In this document: positions 1 to 10,267 of the stretch, piece by piece
How positions within the stretch are numbered: the first letter of the stretch is position 1
Layout: each line of letters starts with the position of its first letter
NCBI GenBank assembly: GCA_965214405.1
Contig: OZ243956.1
Location: 1,280,001-1,344,000 of the forward strand
Length of the DNA: 64,000 bases
Direction: 5' to 3'
Source of the DNA: Trueperaceae bacterium
Lineage (GTDB): Bacteria > Deinococcota > Deinococci > Deinococcales > Trueperaceae
The notes under the pieces: generated by a model
Database searches by the model: none
Seen by the model: the letters and a program-made list of their open reading frames with translations, nothing else
Told to the model about the DNA's origin: nothing
Position numbers and translations under genes: made by a program

Positions 1-892
1 CGCCGCGCCCGTCTACAACATCGGCGAGAGCATCCGCGTCGGCGTGACGGTCTCCGAAGACGCTTACGTCTACCTTTTTAGCGTTCACTCGGACGGGACC
101 ATCGACCAGATTCTGCCCAACAACCTGACCGGCGGCAGCGACACCTTGGTGAGGGCGGGCTCTACGCGTTACTTCCCGCCCCAGGACGCCCGCTACACCT
201 TTGACGTGGCGGGGCCGCAGGGTCTGGATAAAGTTATCGCGGTGGCGAGCAGAAACCCGCTGGACTTAAGTACGCTAAGAGGCTTTTCGCGGTCGGGCGA
301 CTTTTCCACCAGCTCTCAGGGTGAGGACTCGTTCGCGCAAACTTTGTCCATCGTGGTGAGTCCCATCGCGCAAGAAGATTGGGTCACGGACACCGCCCTG
401 TTTTACGTAGGCACGCGGCCCAGCACCCCGGCCTACGGCACCATCAGCATCACGTCTAACCCGAGTAGCGCGGCGGCGTACGTGGACGGCTCGTTCGTCG
501 GGTATACGCCGGTGCGTTTCGGCACCCGCACGGGGCAGCATACGGTCAGGGTCGAGCGTAGCGGCTATCAAAATTTCGAGACCACCGTCAGCCTTAGCGG
601 CAGCGCCGTCAGTGTGGACGCCGCGCTTAGCGGGACGCAACCCCAACCCACCCAACCCACGGGGTCGGGCGCGGTTTTCATCCAGTCCAACGTCGGCGGG
701 GCCGAAGTGTTTATCGACGGCACCTTTGTCGGCAACATCGCCAGCGGCAGCGGGCAGTTGCGGGTCAACGGCGTCGCCCCCGGCAGCCACACGCTCCGCA
801 TCACCGCGCCGGGCTTTTCGACGGTCGAGAGGACGTTCAACGTCGCCTCGGGCCAAACCACGCGCATCGACACGGCGCAGAGGCAGCAGTAG
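1..892 (+). CDS. DUF4384 + PEGA domain protein (S-layer-associated type), 5'-truncated by window
   Basis: Frame open from window start; DUF4384-like 'YVYLFSVHSDGTIDQILPN', then two PEGA-like repeats ('ITSNPSSAAAYVDG', 'IQSNVGGAEVFIDG'). Confidence 0.75.
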   Translation, partial: AAPVYNIGESIRVGVTVSEDAYVYLFSVHSDGTIDQILPNNLTGGSDTLVRAGSTRYFPPQDARYTFDVAGPQGLDKVIAVASRNPLDLSTLRGFSRSGDFSTSSQGEDSFAQTLSIVVSPIAQEDWVTDTALFYVGTRPSTPAYGTISITSNPSSAAAYVDGSFVGYTPVRFGTRTGQHTVRVERSGYQNFETTVSLSGSAVSVDAALSGTQPQPTQPTGSGAVFIQSNVGGAEVFIDGTFVGNIASGSGQLRVNGVAPGSHTLRITAPGFSTVERTFNVASGQTTRIDTAQRQQ

Positions 893-979
893 GGAAGTAA
901 AGCTTTTGGCTCGAGCTTTCTTGGCCCGGACCCTTTGAAATCTAAACTTCACACGTCGCTTACGAGGAGGTGAAGGCGG

Positions 980-2131
980 TCAGTAAAATACCGCCAGCGC
1001 CTCCTCAAATTTTTCGGGCAGGCCCGGCGCGTCCAAGATCTCCCCCAGCGCCGCCATCAAAAGAAGATAATGTTCGGGCCGCGCGTTCTCGCCCATGAGT
1101 CCCAAGCGCCACAGCTTGCCCGCGGTCGCGCCAAGGCCGCCCGTGACGCTGATGTGGTGGTCATGCCTGAGCGCGTGGCGCACGCGCGCGTCGTCGAGAC
1201 CCGGCGGGAGCGTGACCGCCAGAACGGTCGGCAGGCGGTAAAGCGCGGGCACCGCGGGAGAGAAACCCACCGTTGCCAGGGCTCTCAAAGCCGCCTCACC
1301 GACCAGGGCTACCCGCGCGGTGCGGGCTTCAATACCCTCTTCCAACGCCGCCCGGATTGCCTCGCCCACAGCCCAATGGAGGTTGACGGGCACGGTGTGG
1401 TGGTACTTGCGCCCCGCCTCGCCGGGCTCCCAATAGTCTCTCATGCCCGAGACGTCGGCGTACCAGGTGGTGACGGGTTTTTTACGCGCGGCGACCCTCG
1501 AGAGCGCTCGAGCACTGAACGCTACCGGCGCGAGCCCCGGCGGGGCCGACAAGCATTTTTGTGAGCCCGTGTAGGCGTAGTCCACGCCCCAGGCGGCCAT
1601 GTCAAACTCGAGCATCCCCACCGTCGTCACCGCGTCCACGGCGTGGAGCGCGCCCACCTCGCGCGCGATCTCGCCGACCTCCTGAACGGGATTCAAAACC
1701 CCGGTACTCGTCTCGCCGTGAATCATTGCGATGAGGTGAGGGCGGACGCGCTGGGCGGCCTCGCGCACCACGCCCACGTCCACAGGGGACATGGCGGGAA
1801 AGCGGACCGGCGTCACCTCCGCGCCGAGCCGCGTCGCCATCTCGATTTTGCGCTCGCCGAAGACGCCGTTGGACACGACCAGGATGCGGTCGCCGGGCTC
1901 GAGCAAATTCGCCAGGCCCGCCTCCATCCCCAAGGAGCCCGTGCCCGACAAGAGCGCGGTAAAGCTTCCCGGTGCCGTCTTGTAAAGCGCGTGCAAGTCC
2001 GCGACGACGCGGTCGTTGTAGGCGAAGACCTCCGGGTCCATGTGACCGCGCATGGGCCAGGCCAAGGCCGCCGCCGCGCGCGGGTGCAGGGGCGTCGGGC
2101 CGGGGGTAAGGAGGAGAACAGGTTCGAACAT
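980..2131 (-). CDS. Alanine/serine-glyoxylate aminotransferase family (class V PLP)
   Basis: 'LLLTPGPT', 'HGETSTG', 'DAVT', '[11 protein letters not shown]' motifs; ATG 2131 with AAGGA upstream. Confidence 0.9.
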   Translation of the reverse strand: MFEPVLLLTPGPTPLHPRAAAALAWPMRGHMDPEVFAYNDRVVADLHALYKTAPGSFTALLSGTGSLGMEAGLANLLEPGDRILVVSNGVFGERKIEMATRLGAEVTPVRFPAMSPVDVGVVREAAQRVRPHLIAMIHGETSTGVLNPVQEVGEIAREVGALHAVDAVTTVGMLEFDMAAWGVDYAYTGSQKCLSAPPGLAPVAFSARALSRVAARKKPVTTWYADVSGMRDYWEPGEAGRKYHHTVPVNLHWAVGEAIRAALEEGIEARTARVALVGEAALRALATVGFSPAVPALYRLPTVLAVTLPPGLDDARVRHALRHDHHISVTGGLGATAGKLWRLGLMGENARPEHYLLLMAALGEILDAPGLPEKFEEALAVFY

Positions 2132-2224
2132 CGCGCACATCCTTTGTTGTCTTTGTCGTTGCTCGCTATAAATTCGCTATAAAGAGGCAAGACGAAATTC
2201 AGCGGGATGAAACTAAGTCAGGCC

Positions 2225-2256
2225 AAAAGAAAATGACCGCGCCCGTGGGCGGGTCA
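2225..2256 (-). terminator. Intrinsic terminator in the leader of the aminotransferase gene (possible attenuator)
   Basis: Minus strand TGACC-CGCC-cacg-GGCG-c-GGTCA followed by TTTTCTTTT, lying between promoter and start codon. Confidence 0.65.
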
Positions 2257-2289
2257 GACACCAGGCGGCACACAAAAGCGCACCGCTCG

Positions 2290-2310
2290 TTAAGAAGCTC
2301 GTCCTCGCAT
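2290..2310 (-). CDS. Putative 6-aa leader peptide MRGRAS
   Basis: ATG CGA GGA CGA GCT TCT TAA, 8 nt after the TAGACT -10 box and upstream of the terminator. Confidence 0.35.
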   Translation of the reverse strand: MRGRAS

Positions 2311-2318
2311 CGCTCCGA

Positions 2319-2347
2319 AGTCTAACCGAGAGAGCGGAACGTGTAAA
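2319..2347 (-). promoter_or_regulatory. Sigma70-type promoter
   Basis: TTTACA-17bp-TAGACT on minus strand. Confidence 0.55.
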
Positions 2348-2400
2348 GTCTGATGCGTCACAAGCCAGACTTTTGTCGTCTGAGTGAGCCTCTTAACATT

Positions 2401-2472
2401 CAAAAAGTACCGAGGACCCAGTCACGAGTACCGGGGCCTGAGCATACTTCGGACTCAGTCCTTTTGCTTTTG
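2401..2472. repeat. Degenerate 7-nt tandem repeat / imperfect hairpin
   Basis: aaagtac cgaggac ccagtca cgagtac cggggcc tgagcat, followed by a pyrimidine-rich arm gactcagtccttttgcttttg. Confidence 0.5.
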
Positions 2473-2570
2473 TTTAGAGCAGGTGAGTTTGATCAGAGGG
2501 CGGAGCACGAAGGGCGCCAAATGGCAAATGACACCTCTCTCCCGCGCAGGTAAGAGGGTATGATTCCGGG

Positions 2571-4817
2571 GTGAAAAGTAACCTTCAAGCTGTGTGGGAC
2601 CGCCTGCCTTTGGGCCGCCGTCCGCCCGAACCCGAGGAGGTCAGGTCCTCCGAGGCGGGGGGCCTGGGCACCTTTGGGGGCGTGTTTACTCCGTCCATCC
2701 TGACCATTCTAGGCGTCATTATGTACCTGCGCTTCGGCTGGGTGGTGGGCAACGTCGGGCTTATCGGCACGCTCGCCATCGTGACCTTGGCGACCTCGAT
2801 CACCTTTTTGACGGGGCTGTCCATCTCGAGCATCGCCACCGATCAACGCGTCCGTATCGGCGGGGCCTACTATATGATTTCGCGCTCGCTGGGGATTGAG
2901 ACGGGGGGCGCGGTCGGGATTCCCCTTTATTTTGCGCAAGCCTTGTCCGTGGCGCTCTACACCATCGGCTTTGCGGAGAGTTTGGCGATCGTGTTTCCCA
3001 ACTTTGACCAGCGGACGGTGGGGCTCGTGACAACCATCTTAGTCACGCTGCTCGCGCTCGCGTCGGCCAAGGCGGCCATCCGAGCGCAGTACGTGATCAT
3101 GGCGGCCATCGCGCTGTCGCTCCTGTCGTTGTTGTTTGGACGCCCCCTCGAGCCCACCGAAATCGAACTTTTTGGGGCCGCGCCGCGTTTGTCGGAGCCT
3201 TTTTGGACCGTGTTCGCGGTGTTTTTTCCGGCGGTCACGGGCATCATGGCCGGGGTCAACATGTCGGGCGACCTCAAGGACTCGCGCCGCTCGATTCCGC
3301 GGGGTACTTTAGCGGCCATCGGGGTGGGCTACCTCATTTATATGGGCCTGCCCGTTCTTTTGGCCCTGCGCGCGGACGCGACGACGCTGATTGACGACCC
3401 GCTGGTCATGCGCAAGATGGCGTTTTGGGGCGACGCAATTCTGTTGGGCGTGTGGGGGGCGACGCTCTCGAGCGCGGTCGGCAGCATCCTGGGCGCGCCG
3501 CGCGTGTTGCAAGCTTTAGCGCGCGACGGCGTGTTGCCCCCGCCCCTGCGCTGGCTCGGGCGCGGCAGCGGCGCGGGCGACGAGCCGCGTATCGGCACCC
3601 TATTCACGCTGGCGATTGCGCTTTTTGCGGTTTACTTTGGCAACCTTAACGTGATCGCGCCCATCCTGACGATGTTTTTTCTCACGACCTACGGGGTTCT
3701 TAACGTGGCGGCGGGCGTCGAGCGCTTTTTGGGCTCGCCGTCGTTTCGACCAACATTCAAGGTTCACTGGGTCTGGTCGCTCCTGGGCGCGGTGGGCTGC
3801 GTGGCGGTGATGATTCTTATTAACGCGCTCGCCACGGCGGTGGCGGCGGTGGTGGTGGTGGGCATTTTTGTGTGGCTCGAGCGCCGCTCGCTCCAGACCA
3901 CCTGGGGCGACGTGCGGCAGGGGCTGCTGATGGCGGTGACGCGGGCAGGGCTGCTAAGGTTGGAAACCGCCGACCCCAAAAACTGGCGGCCTCACCTCCT
4001 GGTGCTCTCGGGCGCGCCCACCAGGAGGTGGCACCTGATCGACTTTGCGAACGCGCTCACGCACAACCGCGCGCTCATGACGGTGGCGACCGTGTTGCCC
4101 GACGCGGGCGCAGCGCCGGGGCGGCAGGCGAGTCTCGAGAGCACCATCGAGGAATATTTAGAAAAACGCGGCGTCCAGGCGCTCCTGCGCGTCGTGCGCG
4201 CGCCCGACGCCTTTGCGGGCGCCGAAAAGCTCGTCGACGCCTACGGCCTGGGCGCGCTCGTGCCCAACACCGTCTTGCTGGGCGGCAGCGAGGATGAGGG
4301 GTCGCGCGAACGCTACTGCGCGATGCTCGCCTACTTTCACAAAGCCGAGCGCAACCTCATCATCATCCACGACGACCCGGAGCGCGGCTTCGGCGCGCGC
4401 GAGCGCATCGACGTGTGGTGGGGCGGGCTCAAAAACAACGGCAGCCTGATGATGACCTTGGCCTATTTGCTCAAAACCAGCCTGAGCTGGCGCGGCGCGG
4501 AGGTGCGGCTCAAGATCGTGGTGCCGAGCGCCGCGGGTGCCAAAGATGCAGAAGCCAATTTGCAAGCCATCGCCATGAACCTTCGCACCGGCGCCGTTCC
4601 CGACGTGATTGTGGCCGACGGGCGACCCTTTAACGAGATTCTTAGAGCGTCGTCCGGGGGGGCCGACCTGGTCTTTTTAGGCATGAAAGAGCCCGAACCC
4701 GGCGGCGACTACGCGCGCTATTACGAGGGACTGCTCGCCAGAACGGCAGGGCTGCCGACCACGGCGTTTGTGCTGGCGGCGGAAGACCTCGAGTTTGAGG
4801 AGATTATGGACACATAG
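2571..4817 (+). CDS. Cation-chloride cotransporter (SLC12/APC family) with cytoplasmic C-terminal domain
   Basis: 'LGTFGGVFTPSILTILGVIMYLRFGWVVG', 'FAVFFPAVTGIMAG', 'KNWRPHLLVLSG', 'IDVWWGG'; TATGAT-N6-GTG leaderless start. Confidence 0.85.
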   Translation: MKSNLQAVWDRLPLGRRPPEPEEVRSSEAGGLGTFGGVFTPSILTILGVIMYLRFGWVVGNVGLIGTLAIVTLATSITFLTGLSISSIATDQRVRIGGAYYMISRSLGIETGGAVGIPLYFAQALSVALYTIGFAESLAIVFPNFDQRTVGLVTTILVTLLALASAKAAIRAQYVIMAAIALSLLSLLFGRPLEPTEIELFGAAPRLSEPFWTVFAVFFPAVTGIMAGVNMSGDLKDSRRSIPRGTLAAIGVGYLIYMGLPVLLALRADATTLIDDPLVMRKMAFWGDAILLGVWGATLSSAVGSILGAPRVLQALARDGVLPPPLRWLGRGSGAGDEPRIGTLFTLAIALFAVYFGNLNVIAPILTMFFLTTYGVLNVAAGVERFLGSPSFRPTFKVHWVWSLLGAVGCVAVMILINALATAVAAVVVVGIFVWLERRSLQTTWGDVRQGLLMAVTRAGLLRLETADPKNWRPHLLVLSGAPTRRWHLIDFANALTHNRALMTVATVLPDAGAAPGRQASLESTIEEYLEKRGVQALLRVVRAPDAFAGAEKLVDAYGLGALVPNTVLLGGSEDEGSRERYCAMLAYFHKAERNLIIIHDDPERGFGARERIDVWWGGLKNNGSLMMTLAYLLKTSLSWRGAEVRLKIVVPSAAGAKDAEANLQAIAMNLRTGAVPDVIVADGRPFNEILRASSGGADLVFLGMKEPEPGGDYARYYEGLLARTAGLPTTAFVLAAEDLEFEEIMDT

Positions 4818-4890
4818 GGCTTGGGGCGCTCGAGCCCTACTAAGGTTTGGTTAGACGGACATCAAGTTTTAGAGCTTGAGGGGAAAAGGT

Positions 4891-5476
4891 TCAATTTGCG
4901 TCACACAACATTAGGGAAACACCATCAATAGTGATGGCAGCCATGCTGTAAACATTGACGCCATTACCCGTAACACGCGCTAGCGTAACTGTATTGACTA
5001 TGCTGGTAGTCACCTGGAACAAAGGTTCATAAGTGTAGTTGTCGGCTTCTAGTGCATCTAAATACTCAACCGCCAGCCCAGCCGTGTCACGGCTAACAAA
5101 AAAGTAAGTTTCGCCTGTGCAGCTAGAGTAGTCGCTAGCGGAAAGTAGTTGATTCATCCCTGTAAGAATGTCTTGATTAACCGGTCGAGAAATCCCCACA
5201 GAAGGAACTACGGCTGCTACATTACCTGCCCCACCCTCACCAGATATCTTTGAAGTTAAGATTAAAATTTGCCCAACTTCAATTTGATTAGGGTCACTTA
5301 TATTATTGAGCGTAATTAACGTATCAACATCCACACCAGTTTTCTGACTTATCAGACCAAGAGAGTCACCTGGTTGTACTTCGTATCTTTCATTAGCGAA
5401 CTCAACATCTACTTGAGCAAAAGCTAAAGAAATAGAGGGCGCTCAAGACAACCAGCAGTTTGAAGGTCTTTTTCAT
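4891..5476 (-). pseudogene. Frameshifted secreted LysM-domain protein, low GC
   Basis: SD GGGAG, ATG 5476 MKKTFKLLVVLSAL; a 1-nt shift near 5434 continues as ISLAFAQ...RYEVQPGDSLGLISQKTGVDVDTLITLNNISDPNQIEVGQILIL (LysM). Confidence 0.7.
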
Positions 5477-5594
5477 TCATTTCTCCCTTACGTGTCGAAG
5501 TACAGAATGGAAGCCATAACCACAGTGGACAGCTCATTCTACAAGCTTTTGGGCGAGTTGTCTTAAATACTGTGACCTACATGTTGGCTGAGGC

Positions 5595-5624
5595 TTGTAA
5601 GTAAGCGCGCACACGCTGTATAAT
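5595..5624 (+). promoter_or_regulatory. Promoter of rimP-nusA-infB operon
   Basis: TTGTAA-18bp-TATAAT. Confidence 0.6.
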
Positions 5625-5675
5625 GCTTTCAGGAAAGAACCCAACTGCCTTGTAAGGTTGTTTCGAGGTGTTTGT

Positions 5676-5703
5676 GGGGTGGGTGCATAAGGCCCGCCCT
5701 TTT
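5676..5703 (+). promoter_or_regulatory. rimP leader hairpin (possible attenuator)
   Basis: GGGGTGGG...CCCGCCC stem followed by TTTT in the rimP 5'UTR. Confidence 0.45.
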
Positions 5704-5793
5704 ATGTTGGGACTAAAGGACCTTCAGCAGGACACGTCGCGCCGCCAACCCAGCCCCGCGTTTCACCACCTGTTGAAGGCGCAGGAGGTGGAG

Positions 5794-6237
5794 ATGGATT
5801 TAGAGGAAGCGGCGCAGCGCGTACTGGAACCCTTAGGATTTGAGGTTTTGGAGCTTACCGTGGGCGGCAAGGGAGCCAAACGGCTCTTGCTCCTGCGCAT
5901 CGACCGGGCGGACGAGGGTATCGTCGCTATGGAAGACGTGAGCCTAGCGACCGAGGTGTTCGGCTTGGAGCTAGACCGGCTAGACCCGTTTGAGAGCCCG
6001 TACCGGCTCGAGGTCGAGTCCCCCGGCCCCGAACGCCCGCTCTTTCGGGCACGTCACTTCGAACGCTTTCATGACCTGCTCGCCAAGGTGCGCGTCGGCA
6101 ATGAAACGTTTAAGGGTACTGTGCGCGAGGTGTCGGAAGATAAGGTCATTTTTGAGGTAGACGGCGAGAAGCGTACCGTCAAACTCTCGGACATCGGCAG
6201 CGCCCGTTTGGCCGAGTGGCCCGACACGCCGCGCTAA
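5794..6237 (+). CDS. rimP: Ribosome maturation factor RimP
   Basis: 'YRLEVESPGPERPL' motif; SD GGAGG; position before nusA. Confidence 0.9.
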   Translation: MDLEEAAQRVLEPLGFEVLELTVGGKGAKRLLLLRIDRADEGIVAMEDVSLATEVFGLELDRLDPFESPYRLEVESPGPERPLFRARHFERFHDLLAKVRVGNETFKGTVREVSEDKVIFEVDGEKRTVKLSDIGSARLAEWPDTPR

Positions 6238-6372
6238 GATATATCCCGCTAAGCTACGCCTTTTAGGACGCGCCCTTCAAAACACACCGTGCTAGAGGCG
6301 TCAAGATTAAGTTTGAGCAGGACGAAGGTTCGTTAAACCGGTCTTTAGGACCCACAACCGAATAGGAGACGT

Positions 6373-7635
6373 ATGAACAAAGAATTTATCGACGCACTCA
6401 ACCAACTCGCGGTCGAGCGCAATCTGGACAAGGAGCAGCTTCTGACGAGTTTCGAGGAGGCGCTCGAGCAGGCCTATGAACGCAACGTGGAGCCCGGCAA
6501 GGCCATCGAGGTCGAGGTGGACCCCGAAACGGGCGAAATCGAGGTGTTGGTCGTCAAGCGCGTGGTCGAGACCGTCGAGGACCCGGAGACGGAAATGAGT
6601 CTGGAGGACGCGCTCGAGCTCGACCCCACCATCGAGGTGGGCATGGAGATGGAGTTTCCCGTCGACCCCGACCGCTTTACGCGCATCGCGGTGCAGACGA
6701 CCAAACAGGTCATCACCCAGAAAATCCGTGAGGCGGAGCGCACCATCGTTTTTGACGAATATAAAGACCGCGAGGGCGAGGTCTTGACGGCGGTCGTGTC
6801 CAGAACCGACAACAAGCGCAACGTCTTTGTGGATTTAGGACGCGGCGAGGCCATCATGCCGCCCAAGGAGCAGATTCAGGGCGAGCGGTACATGGTCGGG
6901 ATGCGCGTCAAGGTCTACGTCGGCAAGGTCGAACTCTCGACGCGCGGTCCCAGCATCTTGGTGTCGCGCGCCGCGCCCGAACTCTTGCAGTACCTCATGC
7001 GCCAGGAAATCCCCGAGGTCGCCGACGACACGGTCGAAATCAAGGCCATCGCGCGCGAGGCGGGGCAGCGCTCCAAGGTGGCGGTGATGAGCCGCAACTC
7101 GAACGTTGACCCCATCGGCGCGTGCATCGGTCACCGCGGCTCGCGCATCCAGTCGGTCACCGCCGAGCTGCAACGCGAGCGCGTCGACATCATCATGTGG
7201 GATCCCTCCCCGCGCGAATTTATCCGCAACGCCCTCTCGCCTGCCAAAGTCGGGATGATCGACATCGACACCGACGCGGGCGAGGTCAAGGTGATGGTCG
7301 CCAACGATCAGCTCTCCTTGGCGATTGGCAAGGGCGGACAAAACGTGCGCTTGGCGGCCAAACTCACGGGCTACAAAATCGACCTCGTCGCCTCTGAAAG
7401 CGTGTCAGACTTAGACGCGGCGATGCAAGCGGCGGCCTCACGCTTAGAGGACGCGCCCCTGCCCGTCACCAGCGACAGCAAGCGCGCCGCCTTTGACGCG
7501 CTCTTTAGCGCCTCGCCCGAGGCGGCCAAAGAGAAGGCGGCCAAAGAGGATGAGAAGCCCGAAGAAATTCGAGCAGAGAGCGCAGAGGAGACCGAAGCAG
7601 AAAGAGTCAAGGCAGAGGCGGGCGCGGAGGGTTAG
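6373..7635 (+). CDS. nusA: Transcription termination/antitermination factor NusA
   Basis: 'AREAGQRSKVAV', 'DPIGACIG', 'LAIGKGGQNVRLA' (S1/KH domains). Confidence 0.97.
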   Translation: MNKEFIDALNQLAVERNLDKEQLLTSFEEALEQAYERNVEPGKAIEVEVDPETGEIEVLVVKRVVETVEDPETEMSLEDALELDPTIEVGMEMEFPVDPDRFTRIAVQTTKQVITQKIREAERTIVFDEYKDREGEVLTAVVSRTDNKRNVFVDLGRGEAIMPPKEQIQGERYMVGMRVKVYVGKVELSTRGPSILVSRAAPELLQYLMRQEIPEVADDTVEIKAIAREAGQRSKVAVMSRNSNVDPIGACIGHRGSRIQSVTAELQRERVDIIMWDPSPREFIRNALSPAKVGMIDIDTDAGEVKVMVANDQLSLAIGKGGQNVRLAAKLTGYKIDLVASESVSDLDAAMQAAASRLEDAPLPVTSDSKRAAFDALFSASPEAAKEKAAKEDEKPEEIRAESAEETEAERVKAEAGAEG

Positions 7636-7637
7636 AG

Positions 7638-8033
7638 GTGGGAACGAAGGGCGAGGGGACTTACGGCAAACACGTGCCGATGAGGCGCTGCGTGGTCTGC
7701 CGTACGTCGAGACCGCAGCGCGAGCTCGAGCGCTTCTACCAACGTGACAGCACCTGGCACCACGACCCCAAGCGCCGCGCGGGCGGGCGCGGTGCTTGGG
7801 TCTGCACGGAAGACGAAACTTGTCATAAAACCAAGGCGCTTAGGCGAGCCTTCCGGGCGCAGGCGGAGACGGTGAGCAGCCTTCTTCAGGCTCACCGGAC
7901 CTTGAAAGACGCTGAGCAAGACGATCAGCAAAAAGCGTCCGCCGCTCGTACTCACCCCACCGCAAACATCCCACAACATCCCACACAGCCCTCTACACAA
8001 AATCCCAAAACCCAAGGAGACCTGGATGTCTGA
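7638..8033 (+). CDS. ylxR: YlxR/RnpM family RNA-binding protein with low-complexity tail
   Basis: 'PMRRCVVCR', 'GRGAWVC'; located between nusA and infB. Confidence 0.85.
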   Translation: MGTKGEGTYGKHVPMRRCVVCRTSRPQRELERFYQRDSTWHHDPKRRAGGRGAWVCTEDETCHKTKALRRAFRAQAETVSSLLQAHRTLKDAEQDDQQKASAARTHPTANIPQHPTQPSTQNPKTQGDLDV

Positions 8034-9855
8034 AAAAGTTCGTATTTATCAGCTCGCCAAAGAGCTAAACCTAGAGACCAAGGACATGCTCGAGCTTTTA
8101 GACAGCATCGGCGTCGAGTATAAGTCGCACTCGAGCACCATCGACGAAGAAACCGCCGAAACGGTGCGCCAGCTCGCCGAGGACGCGCGCGGCGATTCCG
8201 GGAGCGCGGCACCGGGTGATGCACCCGCAGCCGCGCCCGCAGAACCTGTAGCCGCAGCCTCCACAGGAACCACGGCAACAGCACCCTCCACCTCCGGCTC
8301 CGCGCAGGCGGTGCAGGAGCGTCCCAAGGTGAGTCCCGACGCGCCCCATAGAGCGCCCGTGGTGACCATCATGGGCCACGTCGACCACGGCAAAACGACG
8401 CTTCTGGACTATATCCGCGAAACCAAGGTGGCCGAGGGCGAGGCGGGCGGCATTACCCAGCACATCGGCGCGTATCAGGCCGAGACCCCAGGCGGGCTGA
8501 TTACCTTTTTGGATACGCCCGGTCACGAAGCGTTCACGACGATTCGCCAGCGCGGGGCGTCGGCGACCGACATCGCGGTCATCGTGGTGGCCGCGGACGA
8601 TTCCATCATGCCGCAGACGCGCGAGGCCATCGCGCACGCCAAGGCGGCGAGCGTGCCCATCATCGTCGCCATCAACAAAACCGACCTGCCCCAGGCCAAC
8701 CCCGACCGCGTGATGCAAGACCTCATGCGCGTCGAACTCGTGCCCGAGGCCTACGGCGGCGACACCATCACCGTGCCCATCAGCGCCAAGACGGGCGCAG
8801 GCGTCGATGATTTATTGGAGATGATTTCGCTCGTGGCCGAGGTTGAGGACCTGCGCGCACCTGTAGACGGAACTGCGCAGGGCGTCGTGATTGAGTCCGT
8901 GCTCGACAAGCGCGCGGGCGTGCTTGCGACCATTCTGGTTCAGGAAGGCACGCTCCACGTGTCGGATTACGTCGTCTCGGGTGAAGCTTGGGCCAAAATC
9001 CGCGCCATGACCGATTCCACGGGCGAGCGCGTCAAGGAGGCGGGGCCGTCGGTGCCCGTGCAGATTCTGGGCTTTTCCGAGCAGCCGCTGGCGGGCTCCA
9101 AAATCGTCGCGGCACCCGACGAAACGACCGCCAAGGCGGTTGTCGGCGAGCGCCGCGAGACGCGCGAGGACGACGAGCGCGAGCGTATCGGCAAAAAAGG
9201 CGTGACCCTGGCCGACCTTTTCAGCAAGCCCAAAGTGGCGACGGTCAACCTCATCGTGCGCGCGGATACGCAGGGGTCGTTGGAGGCCATTAAGGGCGTG
9301 ATTGCCAGGGAGGGCGAGGCCACCGAGGACGTGGACTTGCACATCATGCTCGACGCGGTGGGCGCGCCCACCGAGGCCGACCTGCTCTTGGCCGGAACTG
9401 CCGACGCAACCGTCATCGCCTTTGGCGTGAACCCGGCGGGCAGCGTGAAAAAGGCCGCCGAGCGCCAGGGCATCCCCTTAAAAACCTACCGGATTATTTA
9501 CGACCTCATCGAGGACGTGCAGCGCCTCGTCCGGGGCCAGATCGAGCCCGAGTTCGAAGAGAGAACCCTCGGCCACGCCGAGATTCGCCAGGTCATCGCG
9601 GTGCCGCGCTCCGGGACCATCGCCGGGTCGTACGTGACCGACGGACTCATGCGCCGCGGTGCCAAGGCCCGCCTTACGAGGGGCGGCAAGGAAGTCTACA
9701 AGGGCTCCATCGCGGGGCTCAGGCGCTTTAAGGACGACGTGCGCGAGGTGCAAAACGGCTTCGAGTGCGGTATCAACCTGCAAAACTACGAGAACGTGCA
9801 AGAGGGAGACATCATAGAAGCCTACGAAATGGTCGAGGTGCCCGCTCGAGTCTAA
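8026..9855 (+). CDS. infB: Translation initiation factor IF-2
   Basis: '[17 protein letters not shown]', 'DTPGHEAF', 'NKTD', 'GFECGI'. Confidence 0.98.
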   Translation: MSEKVRIYQLAKELNLETKDMLELLDSIGVEYKSHSSTIDEETAETVRQLAEDARGDSGSAAPGDAPAAAPAEPVAAASTGTTATAPSTSGSAQAVQERPKVSPDAPHRAPVVTIMGHVDHGKTTLLDYIRETKVAEGEAGGITQHIGAYQAETPGGLITFLDTPGHEAFTTIRQRGASATDIAVIVVAADDSIMPQTREAIAHAKAASVPIIVAINKTDLPQANPDRVMQDLMRVELVPEAYGGDTITVPISAKTGAGVDDLLEMISLVAEVEDLRAPVDGTAQGVVIESVLDKRAGVLATILVQEGTLHVSDYVVSGEAWAKIRAMTDSTGERVKEAGPSVPVQILGFSEQPLAGSKIVAAPDETTAKAVVGERRETREDDERERIGKKGVTLADLFSKPKVATVNLIVRADTQGSLEAIKGVIAREGEATEDVDLHIMLDAVGAPTEADLLLAGTADATVIAFGVNPAGSVKKAAERQGIPLKTYRIIYDLIEDVQRLVRGQIEPEFEERTLGHAEIRQVIAVPRSGTIAGSYVTDGLMRRGAKARLTRGGKEVYKGSIAGLRRFKDDVREVQNGFECGINLQNYENVQEGDIIEAYEMVEVPARV

Positions 9856-9931
9856 GGCTCGAGGGCGCGGCGTGAATTTACGCCTACGCAGCCTCCTCTA
9901 TCAAGGTTAGGATAAAGGTCGGAATGAACGC

Positions 9932-10255
9932 GTGTTAGACCAAAGAGCGTCGTGGTTGGTATGGGGTTTTTGCTGGGCGCTGTTAACAGCCCCGGCTTTC
10001 CCCTTGACGCCTCACAAGGCGCAGGGGAGCGCACCAGATCACGCGGCGGCGGGGATGCAGAGCCCGGTGCTGGCGCTCGAGCCCGCCCTCCACCTCAAAA
10101 TGGCGAGCGTGGGGGCGGCACCTTCTTTTTCAGACCTCTCCTTCAAACATCGCATTGTGGAGCGTCCGCTGGGGCGGGTGTCAAAACCTGCTCCCACTCA
10201 GAAGACCCGGACGCTCCTTATTCTTTTGCAGCGGTTGCAGCTCGAGGGCGGCTAA
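9932..10255 (+). CDS. Small uORF upstream of secDF with signal-peptide-like N-terminus (candidate arrest peptide)
   Basis: 107 aa; hydrophobic WLVWGFCWALLTAPA segment, Pro/Ser/Ala-rich linker, C-terminus LLILLQRLQLEGG; ends 136 nt before secDF. Confidence 0.55.
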   Translation: MLDQRASWLVWGFCWALLTAPAFPLTPHKAQGSAPDHAAAGMQSPVLALEPALHLKMASVGAAPSFSDLSFKHRIVERPLGRVSKPAPTQKTRTLLILLQRLQLEGG

Positions 10256-10267
10256 CAGGGATATGTA

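Noticed and set aside
2480..2560. Fragments resembling glycine (CGAAGG...CAGGT) or fluoride (AATGACACCT) riboswitches
   Set aside because: Key conserved elements are missing, and the downstream gene appears leaderless from a promoter 3' of this stretch
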